From: Mycolicibacterium smegmatis
GTDB taxonomy: Bacteria > Actinomycetota > Actinomycetes > Mycobacteriales > Mycobacteriaceae
Assembly (NCBI RefSeq): GCF_001457595.1
Contig: NZ_LN831039.1
Span: 1,950,001-1,982,000, forward strand
Direction: 5' to 3'
Length of the DNA: 32,000 nt
Shown: positions 10,784 through 19,507 of the stretch, piece after piece
Position numbering within the stretch: position 1 is the first letter of the stretch
How the letters are laid out: the number at the start of each line of letters is the position of its first letter
Program-made: the position numbers and the translations under genes
The notes under the pieces: model-generated
Seen by the model: only the letters and a program-made list of their open reading frames with translations
What the model was told of the DNA's origin: nothing
The model's database searches: none

Positions 10784-12441
10784 CCTGAATCCGTGGAGCG
10801 GCCCTCCTTGAGGTGTCCGTGTGTGGTTTCTGCTGCGTTCGGTGTTGCGGGCATGCGGTAGTTGCTGGTCTGCCCAGCTTTTCCTGTGTGCTCCGGTTGG
10901 GCCTGTTCGGCGCGTTGGTCAGGTCGTTGCCGGTAGCGGTGGGCTGTATCCGATGGTGTTGCGCCACAACGTGAGCCAGTGCTCTGTCCAGGGCCAGTGC
11001 TCGGGGAGGTGCAGGATCGGTCGACGCTGGGGTCGGGCCAGACGGGCGGGAATGTTGACGATCTTGCGGCGCAGCGTCGCGCCGCGGGCAACCACGTGGG
11101 CACCTCCTGCGAGCACGCCGGCGGCGCGCAGCAGGTTGTGCGCGATCGCCGCGCACAACACCCACGCACTGTTGGCACCGAACTGTCCTGAGGGCATGTG
11201 GGCCAGGGGTCCGTCGATCAGATCGGCGAAGACGGTTTCGATGATCGCGTGCTGGCGGTGGGTGATGTCAGCCTCGGCGGTCGGCAAGTCTGTGTTGGTG
11301 AAGAACGGGTGATACCGCCACACCGGGAACAGCGCGTCCCGAAATCTCGCGTCTTTGACTCGCCGCACCACCAACCGCGCGGTGAACCGATCTTTGGTAG
11401 AGGCGAAGGCGGTGTAGCTGACCTCGGCGACCTCGGCATCAGAAATCCAGTCACCGGTGTCGGGATCACGCACTGCACCGGGATAGTTGACCGGCTCCCA
11501 GGCCTGCTCGTCGATCGAACTGATGGCCCGATCAACCGCGGTATTGCGGGTCATCACCACCGAGAAGTGCGCATTGTGGGCTCGGCAGGCGCCCACCACC
11601 GACCGGGTGCCGTAGGACGAATCGCCACGCACCAGCAGTTGCCCGCGCACGCCGGCGGCGCGGGCGGTGGCGATGGCTTGGGCGACCATGCGGCCCGCAC
11701 CCTTCCCGGAACTGGTCTTACCGGCGCGCAGCCGCATCCCGGCGATCACCGGCGCCGCTCCGGGGGTGCTGATCGTCGTCGCCAACGGGGAGAGCCCTTT
11801 ACGCAGAACCTGCTTACCAGCGATCTTGGTATGCCCGTAGGAGGCACCCTGTTTGGCGTGGCCATAGACCGGGCGCAGCAGTGAGTCGATGTCGATGAAC
11901 GCCCCCGTGTCGGATCCGGGCAGCAGGTCCACCCGCGCACAGAGTGCGGCCAGATGATGACGCAGGACCGACTCCAACTGCCGGGCGTGTCCGAAGGTGA
12001 ACTCCCGCAACAGTGTTCCGATCGTCGATGGTGCATAGACCCCATCGAAGAGCGTCTTCATCCCGCCGCCACGCACGAGGTCGAGGTCATCAATGCTGTC
12101 GGCGCCGGCGCACATTCCGGCGACCACGGTGAGCAGCTTCGGCGACGGGTTGGCCGACCCGGACTTGATCCGTGGTTCGCTGATACGAACCTTGTCGGCC
12201 AGCAACTGTGACAGCCCGGTCTGGGTGGCCAGCGTCATTACCGGCACCAGACCGGCGCACGACACGAGATGGGCATCATCGAAGACCGCCGACGACGCAG
12301 CGAACCTATGGGACACTTTCACCGGAAGTGCCTTTCGAAGTTGTGCCGATAAGTGCCTAGAGAACACTCATCATCACAGCTCAGAAGGCACTTTCCTCGT
12401 CACGACACCCTGCGACCAGCCAATTCATCGGTGGATCGAGG
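10784..12441 (-). mobile_element. IS1380-family insertion sequence, 1658 bp, apparently intact
   Basis: The ends are CCTGAATCCGTGGA (10784->) and CCTCGATCCACCGA (reverse complement from 12441), which match at 9 of 14 positions and start with 5'-CC as IS1380-family ends do. A perfect 5-bp direct repeat CTAAG lies immediately outside both ends (10779-10783 and 12442-12446). There is a single 482-aa DDE transposase. The size is typical of the family (about 1.65 kb). Confidence 0.75.
10919..12367 (-). CDS. IS1380-family DDE transposase
   Basis: 482 aa. FIDIDSLLRPVYGHAKQGASYGHTK (first D region), LLVRGDSSYG (second D) and RQHAIIETVFADLIDG...GANSAWVLCAAIAHNLL (E region) fit the IS1380/IS4-superfamily pattern. 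There are no internal stops. Confidence 0.9.
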   Translation of the reverse strand: MFSRHLSAQLRKALPVKVSHRFAASSAVFDDAHLVSCAGLVPVMTLATQTGLSQLLADKVRISEPRIKSGSANPSPKLLTVVAGMCAGADSIDDLDLVRGGGMKTLFDGVYAPSTIGTLLREFTFGHARQLESVLRHHLAALCARVDLLPGSDTGAFIDIDSLLRPVYGHAKQGASYGHTKIAGKQVLRKGLSPLATTISTPGAAPVIAGMRLRAGKTSSGKGAGRMVAQAIATARAAGVRGQLLVRGDSSYGTRSVVGACRAHNAHFSVVMTRNTAVDRAISSIDEQAWEPVNYPGAVRDPDTGDWISDAEVAEVSYTAFASTKDRFTARLVVRRVKDARFRDALFPVWRYHPFFTNTDLPTAEADITHRQHAIIETVFADLIDGPLAHMPSGQFGANSAWVLCAAIAHNLLRAAGVLAGGAHVVARGATLRRKIVNIPARLARPQRRPILHLPEHWPWTEHWLTLWRNTIGYSPPLPATT

Positions 12442-12680
12442 CTAAGAGAGCCCCCAGTGGCGTGTCCCGCGTCACTCATTCTCACAGCGCGGACCTGGGG
12501 CGTCATCGGCTCACATCTTCGGCGGGCATCGCGCGCGGCGCTCATACCGAGGCGCATATACAGGCGACGTCCGGTGCGCCATCGATCGGTTGAGGAGGTT
12601 GATTTTCGGTGGACGGGTGCGCACGGCCCGCGTTCCGCGTGCCCCTGAGCGACGATGAGATGCACTTCACACACCTTTTT

Positions 12681-12707
12681 GGTTACGCGCCAGGGGATTT
12701 CGGGTAT
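12681..12707 (+). promoter_or_regulatory. SigF-like promoter motif GGTTA-N16-GGGTAT in non-coding DNA
   Basis: GGTTA at 12681-12685, a 16-nt spacer, and a perfect GGGTAT at 12702-12707. It lies in a lower-GC stretch and points toward the decayed secreted-protein gene 230 nt downstream. Confidence 0.3.
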
Positions 12708-12940
12708 CTTTTGCTGCCACTGGACGGTGGCGGATGGCGCACACCGGCGACGATTTTGTTCGCGCGCCTGCCATGCCCTGGTCTGGCCGTATGTCAGATG
12801 TCGATCTTGATGATGCTGTAGCGCGGTCCGGGGGTGCATCGAGGCGACTTTTCCCAAGTCCGGGCTATTTCGCCGACCATCATGATCGATCTTGACGTTG
12901 CTGAAATCTTGATTTGGGTGTTAATTGGCACCAGGTTTGC

Positions 12941-13251
12941 GTGAAGGCGCGAGTGGTATTAGCTGGTTGTAGCGTTTCAGGCCGGCGTTGCCGCTGTCGC
13001 TGCGGTGGCGATCTTGACCCCCGCGGTGGCCGCGCAGGCAGACGTTGCCGCGCCGTCGCCACTTGCGCCGGTCACTCATTCACTGGACGGACAATTCCGG
13101 CAGGACACCAATCTCTGGTGGTTCGGCGCCGCCAATCCGAATCTGCCCGCGCCATTCATGGTGTTGGGATTTCCAGGTGTGCTTCGCCGGCGCCAGTGTC
13201 AAGATCGGCCCGTACGGTTCCGTCGCGGTGTCGATGAGCAGAGGCTGCTAG
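12941..13251 (+). pseudogene. Small secreted protein gene disrupted by about 2 frameshifts
   Basis: Three frames join into one plausible protein. GTG 12941 gives VKARVVLAGCSVS (frame 2). Then FQAGVAAVAAVAILTPAVAAQA/DVAAPSPLAPV...NLWWFGAANPNLPAPFMVLGFP (frame 0; signal-peptide h-region plus an AQA cleavage site). Then VCFAGASVKIGPYGSVAVSMSRGC* (frame 1, stop at 13251). No single frame has both a start codon and the signal peptide. Confidence 0.4.
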
Positions 13252-13360
13252 AAGCCGTTCGCGCACAAATCTTTCAGTCCGGGCCCAACTGGGCCCGACT
13301 GCATCGTCCACTGCGCACCCGATCGGGTGCGAGCTGAGTAACCGAAAGCACGTCCAGGGT

Positions 13361-14640
13361 CATTCTCATCGCGCCGCCAGTCCGGGCCGGTCCCGACGGC
13401 GAAGAAGAACCCGCCGCCCACGACGATGGGCCGCGGTTCTGGCGTCGACGGCCGGTGCTCTCGTCGCCATCGCCATCGTGGCACTGGCTGCCGGATTCGT
13501 CGCATTGCTCGGGTTGCGGGCGGTCGAGGCCAAATCGGCTCTCGAGCACGCCCGTGACAGTGCGGAACAAGTGAAAGGCGCTGTACTGCAGGGTGATAGC
13601 GAATCAGCAGCGCAGGCCGCCGAGAGTACGCACCCACGCCGCGGCGGCGTACGACACCACCCACTCGTGGCCGTGGAAGCTCGCCGCGTCGGTTCCATGG
13701 GCTTGGGAGCCCGCTGCAGACCAGGCGTGAGATCTCCGATGTCGTACTGGATCTGGCCAACGACATGCTGACGCCGGTGACGCAGGGGGGACGGTGATGT
13801 CGCCGAACGACCTGCTGCGGGACGGCCGAATGGATGTGGAACTGCTGCGCGCCGAGCAGTCCGAACTGAATTCGATCGCAGGCACCGCAGTGCGCCTCGA
13901 TGTCGATGCTGCCCCGATTTCCGAAGCCGCGTTCGTGGACGCTGTCGCCGATGCGCGGACAACGCTGAACCCAAACTGCGGAATTGGCCGAGTTACTCGG
14001 GAACACCTCGCTGGCAGCTCAACTGGCGCCACCGATGATGGGCGCTGACGGCTCGCGCGACTATTTCATGGGGTTTCAGACCAACGCCGAGGCGCGCAGG
14101 ACCGGTGGGCTGCTCGGCGGATTCGGTGTTCTGCATTTCGACAACGGCAAGTTCACAGTCGACGAGTTGGGCGCCAATGCTGATCTCGACAAGCCGTTCA
14201 CCCCGATCGATCTGGGCGGTGAGTACAACGAGCAGTACGGGTTCACGAATCCGACGACCGACTTCCACAACAGCAATCTGAGTTCCCACTTCCCCTACGC
14301 CGCGCAGATCTGGAAGTCCATGTGGACGCAGCAGACCGGGGTGGACGTGGACGGTGTCGTCGCGATCGACCCGGTGGCGCTGAGTTACATCCTGGGTGCG
14401 GTCGGGCCGGTCACGTTGACCGACGGGGGAGAAGATCAACAGTTCCAAAGTGGTGGGACTGGCGGAATCCACTGCCTATCAACGTTTCCCGACGATCAGC
14501 CGGCGCGGAAACGCTATCTGCAGGGGTGTCGCGAACGCCGTGGTGAAGAAGATGGCCGAGCCGTGCAGTCCCGCGGAAACTGCTCGACGCGCTGGGCAAG
14601 GCTGTCGGTGAGCGCCGTATCGTCCACGATTCGAGGATGT
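13361..14640 (+). pseudogene. DUF4012-family protein gene, heavily frameshifted and 3'-truncated
   Basis: The pieces are collinear with DUF4012 proteins but scattered over all three frames. They read RRRRTRRPRRWAAVLASTAGALVAIAIVALAAGFVALLGLRAVEAKSALEHARDSAEQVKGAVLQGD (no start codon), THSWPWKLAASVPW, LGSPLQTRREISDVVLDLANDMLTPV, SPNDLLRDGRMDVELLRAEQSELNSIAG, and AELLGNTSLAAQLAPPMMGADGSRDYFMGFQTNAEARRTGGLLGGFGVLHFDNGKF...VDGVVAIDPVALSYILGAVGPVTLTDG. After that come short pieces: EKINSSKVVGLAESTAYQRFP, DDQPARKRYLQG, VANAVVKKMAEP, and KLLDALGKAVGERRIV. There are at least 8 frame changes, two of them at G-runs (13785-13790 and 14425-14429). Confidence 0.7.
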
Positions 14641-14649
14641 CGGAGGCGG

Positions 14650-14915
14650 ATGCGTATGCGCGATCGTTGAGAACTTCAGGGGGCAGCGCATATCTGCCGT
14701 CGCGCAACAGGGCGGGCATGGGGCAGATGCTCGTGGCCGCACAGACCATCTGCCGGACGTTCACCGCGTCATCCTGCGGCCCGACAAGTGCGGTGGCCTC
14801 TGACGGCTCCGCGTTCGATATGCCGTTCCCGGATAAGAGGAGTGACCCGCCGGCAATGGCGGCGGCGCCGAATCGGGCCCGCTGCAAGAAGTGCCTACGA
14901 TCGAGTGGAAACCAT
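14650..14915 (-). pseudogene. Orphan 5' fragment of a gene for a Tat-exported protein (twin-arginine signal peptide)
   Basis: The minus-strand frame reads WFPLDRRHFLQRARFGAAAIAGGSLLLSGNGISNA/EPSEAT..., a canonical Tat signal (RRxFLx, an Ala-rich h-region, and an SNA cleavage site). The only nearby ATG (14915-14913) is out of frame by one base; removing G 14912 would give MFPLDRRHFLQ. Downstream the frame runs antisense into the DUF4012 remnant with no recognisable mature domain. Confidence 0.4.
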
Positions 14916-15016
14916 ACCGCCGCGCGTACCGCGCTTTTCCGCCGACCGCACCGGCGTCGGAAGACCAGAGAGCAAACCTCAGCTGGCACCGCGGTCTGCC
15001 TGGCTACACTTCTCAC

Positions 15017-15535
15017 GTGGGATATCCCGACAACGTGCTCGCCGGCGACGAACAGGTGGTCTTGCACCGTCATCCGCACTGGAAGCGGCTGATCGGACCG
15101 GTGTTCATCCTGATCGTCGCGACGGCATTGGCAAGTTTCGGTGCGGCCTACGTCAACACGCTCCACTGGGATCCGACCGCCACACTCGTGGTGTCCTTGG
15201 TGATCCTGGCGATCTGGCTGGTGATCGTCGGTTGGCTCACACTGTGGCCATTCTTGACCTGGTTGACAACACATTTCGTCATCACCGACCGCAGGGTGAT
15301 GTTCCGTCACGGGTTGCTGACGCGAAGCGGTATCGACATCCCGCTGGCCAGGATCAACAGTGTGGAGTTCCGGCACGGCCTGTCCGACCGCATCCTGCGG
15401 ACCGGCACCCTGATCATCGAATCAGCGAGCCAGGATCCGCTTGAGTTCTACGACATCCCGCGCGTCGAGCAGGTCCACGCGCTGCTCTATCACGAAGTCT
15501 TCGACACCCTGGGGTCCGACGAATCGCCGAGTTGA
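15017..15535 (+). CDS. Membrane PH-domain (bPH_2/YdbS-like) protein, Rv3278c-like
   Basis: In frame with listed ORF 14891..15535. GTG 15017 gives (M)GYPDNVLAGDEQVVLHRHPHWKRLIGPV..., collinear and highly similar to M. tuberculosis Rv3278c through to ...VHALLYHEVFDTLGSDESPS. Confidence 0.85.
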   Translation: MGYPDNVLAGDEQVVLHRHPHWKRLIGPVFILIVATALASFGAAYVNTLHWDPTATLVVSLVILAIWLVIVGWLTLWPFLTWLTTHFVITDRRVMFRHGLLTRSGIDIPLARINSVEFRHGLSDRILRTGTLIIESASQDPLEFYDIPRVEQVHALLYHEVFDTLGSDESPS

Positions 15536-16161
15536 GGCGGCGCGCCGCGACCGCGTGACCGGCGCATCGGCGTCACCACGCTGTCCGGGCCGTGACTCAC
15601 CTCGTATTCGTCCTCGAGAGCCTCGGCGAGACCGCCACCGGTGAGGGCGGACTCGAGTGCCTTGTCGGGATTGCGGGCGAACTCGTCGGGGAAGACGAAC
15701 CGGCGAAACGCCCAGAACCGGAACGCCATCTGCAGCAGGTTGCCGATGATGTAGGCCGAGATGAAGTCGGCGATGTTCTCCGTCGTCAGGGACACCTCGG
15801 GCACGCGGAGCATCAGCACATAGCTGGAGATCCACAGTGGTGCCATCGACAACAGCACTCCGACACCGCTGACCGCGAAGAACAGGAATGCCTCGTGATG
15901 TCGCTCACGCCCGCCCCGGTCGCGGAAGCTCCACTCCCGGTTGAGGATGTAGGAGGCGATGACCGCGACGATGCCCGCGATGATCTTGGCGGTGACCGGC
16001 TTGGGCTCCAGGACGGTCAGCTTGAGCGTGTAGAAGATCGCTGAGTCGATCACGAAGGTCGTGGCACCGACGATCGCGAATTTGATCAGCTCATGGTGCC
16101 GTTCGGCGAACGGCCGGATGAACCGCGGTAGACGCGCGATCGTTGCATCAGCGAAGGACAC
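15490..16161 (-). CDS. GtrA-family membrane protein (Rv3277-like)
   Basis: 223 aa with ELIKFAIVGATTFVIDSAIFYTL and NREWSFR motifs of GtrA-like proteins and four predicted helices. Its 3' end overlaps the convergent PH-domain gene by 46 nt. Confidence 0.85.
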   Translation of the reverse strand: MSFADATIARLPRFIRPFAERHHELIKFAIVGATTFVIDSAIFYTLKLTVLEPKPVTAKIIAGIVAVIASYILNREWSFRDRGGRERHHEAFLFFAVSGVGVLLSMAPLWISSYVLMLRVPEVSLTTENIADFISAYIIGNLLQMAFRFWAFRRFVFPDEFARNPDKALESALTGGGLAEALEDEYEVSHGPDSVVTPMRRSRGRGAPPQLGDSSDPRVSKTS

Positions 16162-16228
16162 GATTAGCCAGTGTACGGAAACGCATGCTCGGATGCGGAA
16201 TCGTGTATACAGCGCAGGTCATGCCAAC

Positions 16229-17464
16229 ATGGTTGACGTGCCGCGCGCTTCTCAAACCAATTCCTCCGCAGTCCCCGTGGTCGCCATGATCGGCGGTGGC
16301 CAGCTGGCCCGCATGACCCATCAGGCCGCGATCGCGCTGGGACAGACACTTCGCGTGCTGGCCGTCGACCCGAACGACCCCGCGGCACAGGTCAGCCCGG
16401 ACATCGTGCTGGGCTCACACACCGATTACGACGCGCTGGTGAAGGTTGCGCAAGGTGCGACCGTCGTCACGTTCGACCACGAACACGTGCCCACCGAACA
16501 TCTCGACAGACTCGTCGCCGACGGTGTGACGGTCGCCCCTCCGCCCGAGGCGCTGGTGCACGCCCAGGACAAGCTGGTGATGCGTCGTCGTCTGGCCGAT
16601 CTGGGGGCGCCCATCCCGCAGTTCGCCGAGGTCACCGCGGCCGACGAAGCCGAGAAGTTCAGCCGCGAGGTCGGCGGCGCCGCTGTGATCAAGACCATCC
16701 GGGGTGGTTACGACGGCCGCGGTGTCGTGCTGCTCGACACACCCGAACAGGCCCGCGAGGTGGCCGCGAAGTATCTCGCCGACGGGGTGCCGATCCTGAT
16801 CGAGGAACGCGTCGCGATGCGGCGCGAACTGTCGGCGCTCGTCGCGCGCTCGGCGTTCGGCCAGGGTTCGGCGTGGCCGGTGGTGCAGACCGTGCAGCGT
16901 GACGGCATCTGCGTCGAGGTGATCGCCCCGGCTCCTGACCTGCCCGACGATCTGGCCGCAAGCGCCCAGCAGTTGGGCCTGCGCCTGGCCGCCGAGCTGG
17001 GTGTCATCGGTGTGCTGGCCGTCGAACTGTTCGAGACCGTCGACGGCAGGATCCTGGTCAACGAACTGGCGATGCGCCCGCACAACTCCGGGCACTGGAC
17101 CATGGACGGCGCCGTGACCAGCCAGTTCGAGCAGCATCTGCGCGCGGTCCTGGACTATCCCCTTGGTGAGACCTCCGCGCGCGCCGAGATCGTCGTGATG
17201 TCCAACGTGCTCGGCGCACCGGAGATACCGGCGATGAGCCTCGACGAGCGCATCCACCATCTGTTCGCCCGTATGCCCGACGCCAAGGTGCACATGTACG
17301 GCAAGGGGGAGCGTCCGGGACGCAAGCTGGGCCATGTCAACCTTGTGGGCAAACCGGGCGAGGACGTGGCCGCCGTGCGCGAGCGCGCCAATCGCGCCTC
17401 GCACTGGCTGTCACACGCACAGTGGACCGACAACTGGAACGAGCATGGGACGGACACCGAATGA
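16229..17464 (+). CDS. purK: N5-carboxyaminoimidazole ribonucleotide synthase PurK
   Basis: In frame with listed ORF 16061..17464, with ATG at 16229. The ATP-grasp sequence ([22 protein letters not shown]..., [26 protein letters not shown]) is collinear with M. tuberculosis PurK. The exact start is uncertain. Confidence 0.92.
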   Translation: MVDVPRASQTNSSAVPVVAMIGGGQLARMTHQAAIALGQTLRVLAVDPNDPAAQVSPDIVLGSHTDYDALVKVAQGATVVTFDHEHVPTEHLDRLVADGVTVAPPPEALVHAQDKLVMRRRLADLGAPIPQFAEVTAADEAEKFSREVGGAAVIKTIRGGYDGRGVVLLDTPEQAREVAAKYLADGVPILIEERVAMRRELSALVARSAFGQGSAWPVVQTVQRDGICVEVIAPAPDLPDDLAASAQQLGLRLAAELGVIGVLAVELFETVDGRILVNELAMRPHNSGHWTMDGAVTSQFEQHLRAVLDYPLGETSARAEIVVMSNVLGAPEIPAMSLDERIHHLFARMPDAKVHMYGKGERPGRKLGHVNLVGKPGEDVAAVRERANRASHWLSHAQWTDNWNEHGTDTE

Positions 17465-17970
17465 CAAGTAGCCCCCGGGTCGGGCTCATCATGGGCAGCG
17501 ACAGCGACTGGACGGTGATGGTCGACGCCGCAGAGGCGCTCGCCGAGTTCGAGGTGCCGTTCGAGGTCGGCGTGGTCTCGGCGCACCGTACGCCCGGTCG
17601 CATGCTGGACTACGCGAAGAACGCCGCCGACCGCGGCATCGAGGTGATCATCGCCGGCGCGGGCGGTGCCGCGCACCTGCCCGGGATGGTCGCGTCCGCG
17701 ACGCCGCTGCCCGTCATCGGCGTCCCCGTCCCGCTGGCCCGACTGGACGGATTGGATTCGCTGCTGTCGATCGTGCAGATGCCGGCCGGGGTCCCGGTGG
17801 CGACGGTGTCGATCGGCGGGGCGCGCAATGCGGGCCTGCTCGCGGTGCGGATCCTCGGTGCCACGGACGCGCAGTTGCGGGGCCGGATGGCGAAGTTCCA
17901 GGCCGACCTGGAGGCCATGGTTCTGGAAAAGGACGCAGCCCTGCGGTCGCGTCTCCTCGGCGACGGGTAG
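17461..17970 (+). CDS. purE: N5-CAIR mutase PurE
   Basis: ATG 17461 overlaps the purK stop as ATGA. The motifs [17 protein letters not shown] and [13 protein letters not shown] are diagnostic of PurE. Confidence 0.95.
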   Translation: MTSSPRVGLIMGSDSDWTVMVDAAEALAEFEVPFEVGVVSAHRTPGRMLDYAKNAADRGIEVIIAGAGGAAHLPGMVASATPLPVIGVPVPLARLDGLDSLLSIVQMPAGVPVATVSIGGARNAGLLAVRILGATDAQLRGRMAKFQADLEAMVLEKDAALRSRLLGDG

Positions 17971-18315
17971 AGCGCCCCTCACGCGCCCGGCTGCGGCGGT
18001 GGGGTATCGCTGCGGCCGTCTTCCGGCATCGGTGTGCTCGTGGGCAGATGGCCCGTCTGACCTGCGTGAAGGCTGGCGTCCATGACCGCGCTTCCGCGAA
18101 GCCAGCGACGCTGTCCGCTCCATCCGCAGTCGCAGACGGCTTGGCTTCGCAATTGCGACGAGACCACGTAGACCTGCACCCGTGGCAAACTACCGGCCGA
18201 TGTTGGTGGCCGGGCGAGGCAATCCTGATGTCTCTCTGAGAATTTCCGTCCGAAGCCCGATTTCTTCCCGGGGACAGGGCGAGTAAAGTTACCAGCGAGT
18301 AGCAAGGAGGCCACG

Positions 18316-19485
18316 ATGGCTGCATGGGGCGGCAATCCGTCTTTCGATCTGTTCCAGTTGCCCGAGGAGCATCAGGAGTTGCGGGCGGCGATCCGTGCGC
18401 TGGCTGAGAAGGAGATCGCGCCGCACGCTGCCGATGTGGATGAGAATGCGCGGTTTCCGCAGGAGGCGCTCGATGCGTTGAATGCTTCGGGGTTCAACGC
18501 GGTGCACGTGCCTGAGGAGTACGGCGGTCAGGGCGCGGATTCGGTCGCGGCGTGCATCGTGATCGAGGAGGTCGCGCGGGTGGATGCCTCGGCGTCGTTG
18601 ATCCCGGCGGTCAACAAGCTGGGCACGATGGGGTTGATCCTGCGTGGTTCGGATGAGTTGAAGAAGCAGGTGTTGCCGCAGTTGGCCTCGGGTGCGGCGA
18701 TGGCGTCGTATGCGTTGTCCGAGCGTGAGGCCGGCAGTGATGCGGCGAGTATGCGCACGCGGGCCAGGGCCGATGGGGATGACTGGGTTCTCAACGGCAC
18801 CAAGTGCTGGATCACCAATGGTGGTAAGTCGTCGTGGTACACGGTGATGGCGGTGACCGATCCGGACAAGGGTGCCAACGGGATTTCGGCGTTCATGGTG
18901 CACCAGGACGACGAGGGGTTCAGCGTCGGTCCCAAGGAGCGCAAGCTGGGCATCAAGGGGTCGCCGACCACGGAGTTGTATTTCGAGAACTGTCGGATTC
19001 CCGGGGATCGGATCATCGGTGAGCCGGGTACGGGGTTCAAGACGGCGTTGGCGACGTTGGATCACACGCGCCCGACGATCGGGGCGCAGGCGGTGGGGAT
19101 CGCCCAGGGTGCGTTGGATGCGGCGATCGCCTACACCAAGGACCGCAAGCAGTTCGGTACGAGCATCAGTGATTTTCAGGCTGTGCAGTTCATGTTGGCC
19201 GATATGGCGATGAAGGTCGAGTCGGCGCGGTTGATGGTGTATCACGCCGCGGCGCGTGCTGAGCGTGGTGAGAAGAACCTGGGGTTCATCTCGGCGGCCA
19301 GTAAGTGTCTGGCGTCGGATATCGCCATGGAGGTCACCACCGATGCGGTGCAGTTGTTCGGCGGTGCGGGTTACACGCAGGACTTCCCGGTGGAGCGGAT
19401 GATGCGTGATGCCAAGATCACCCAGATCTACGAGGGCACCAACCAGATCCAGCGCGTGGTCATGAGCCGCGCCCTGCTGCGCTGA
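18316..19485 (+). CDS. fadE25: Acyl-CoA dehydrogenase (FadE25-like)
   Basis: 389 aa with a full ACAD fold sequence (YALSEREAGSDAASM, WITNGG, QIYEGTNQIQRVVMSRALL). AAGGAGG precedes the ATG. Its position after purE matches M. tuberculosis. Confidence 0.92.
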   Translation: MAAWGGNPSFDLFQLPEEHQELRAAIRALAEKEIAPHAADVDENARFPQEALDALNASGFNAVHVPEEYGGQGADSVAACIVIEEVARVDASASLIPAVNKLGTMGLILRGSDELKKQVLPQLASGAAMASYALSEREAGSDAASMRTRARADGDDWVLNGTKCWITNGGKSSWYTVMAVTDPDKGANGISAFMVHQDDEGFSVGPKERKLGIKGSPTTELYFENCRIPGDRIIGEPGTGFKTALATLDHTRPTIGAQAVGIAQGALDAAIAYTKDRKQFGTSISDFQAVQFMLADMAMKVESARLMVYHAAARAERGEKNLGFISAASKCLASDIAMEVTTDAVQLFGGAGYTQDFPVERMMRDAKITQIYEGTNQIQRVVMSRALLR

Positions 19486-19507
19486 GCGTGGCAGTACCCT
19501 GCGGGAC

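Noticed and set aside
10776-10791. An initial 12/16 inverted match between 10776-10791 and 12433-12448, considered as the IS inverted repeat
   Set aside because: A match of that quality is expected by chance in windows of this size. I re-interpreted it as the 5-bp direct repeat CTAAG plus shorter CCT-initiated inverted repeats. That reading gives a coherent 1658-bp element, reported above.
12609-12821. 70-aa plus-strand ORF (…DDEMHFTHLFGYAPGDFGYLLLPLDGGGW…)
   Set aside because: It faintly resembles a protein fragment, but it is short, has weak codon bias, lies in the lowest-GC stretch and contains the SigF-like motif. The evidence is not enough to call a gene or pseudogene.
12381-12857. 158-aa minus-strand ORF in the region beyond the IS
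   Set aside because: The translation is Arg/Gln/Trp-rich. GC3 is poor, there is no start context and it resembles no protein family. I treat it as non-coding native accD5-upstream DNA displaced by the IS.
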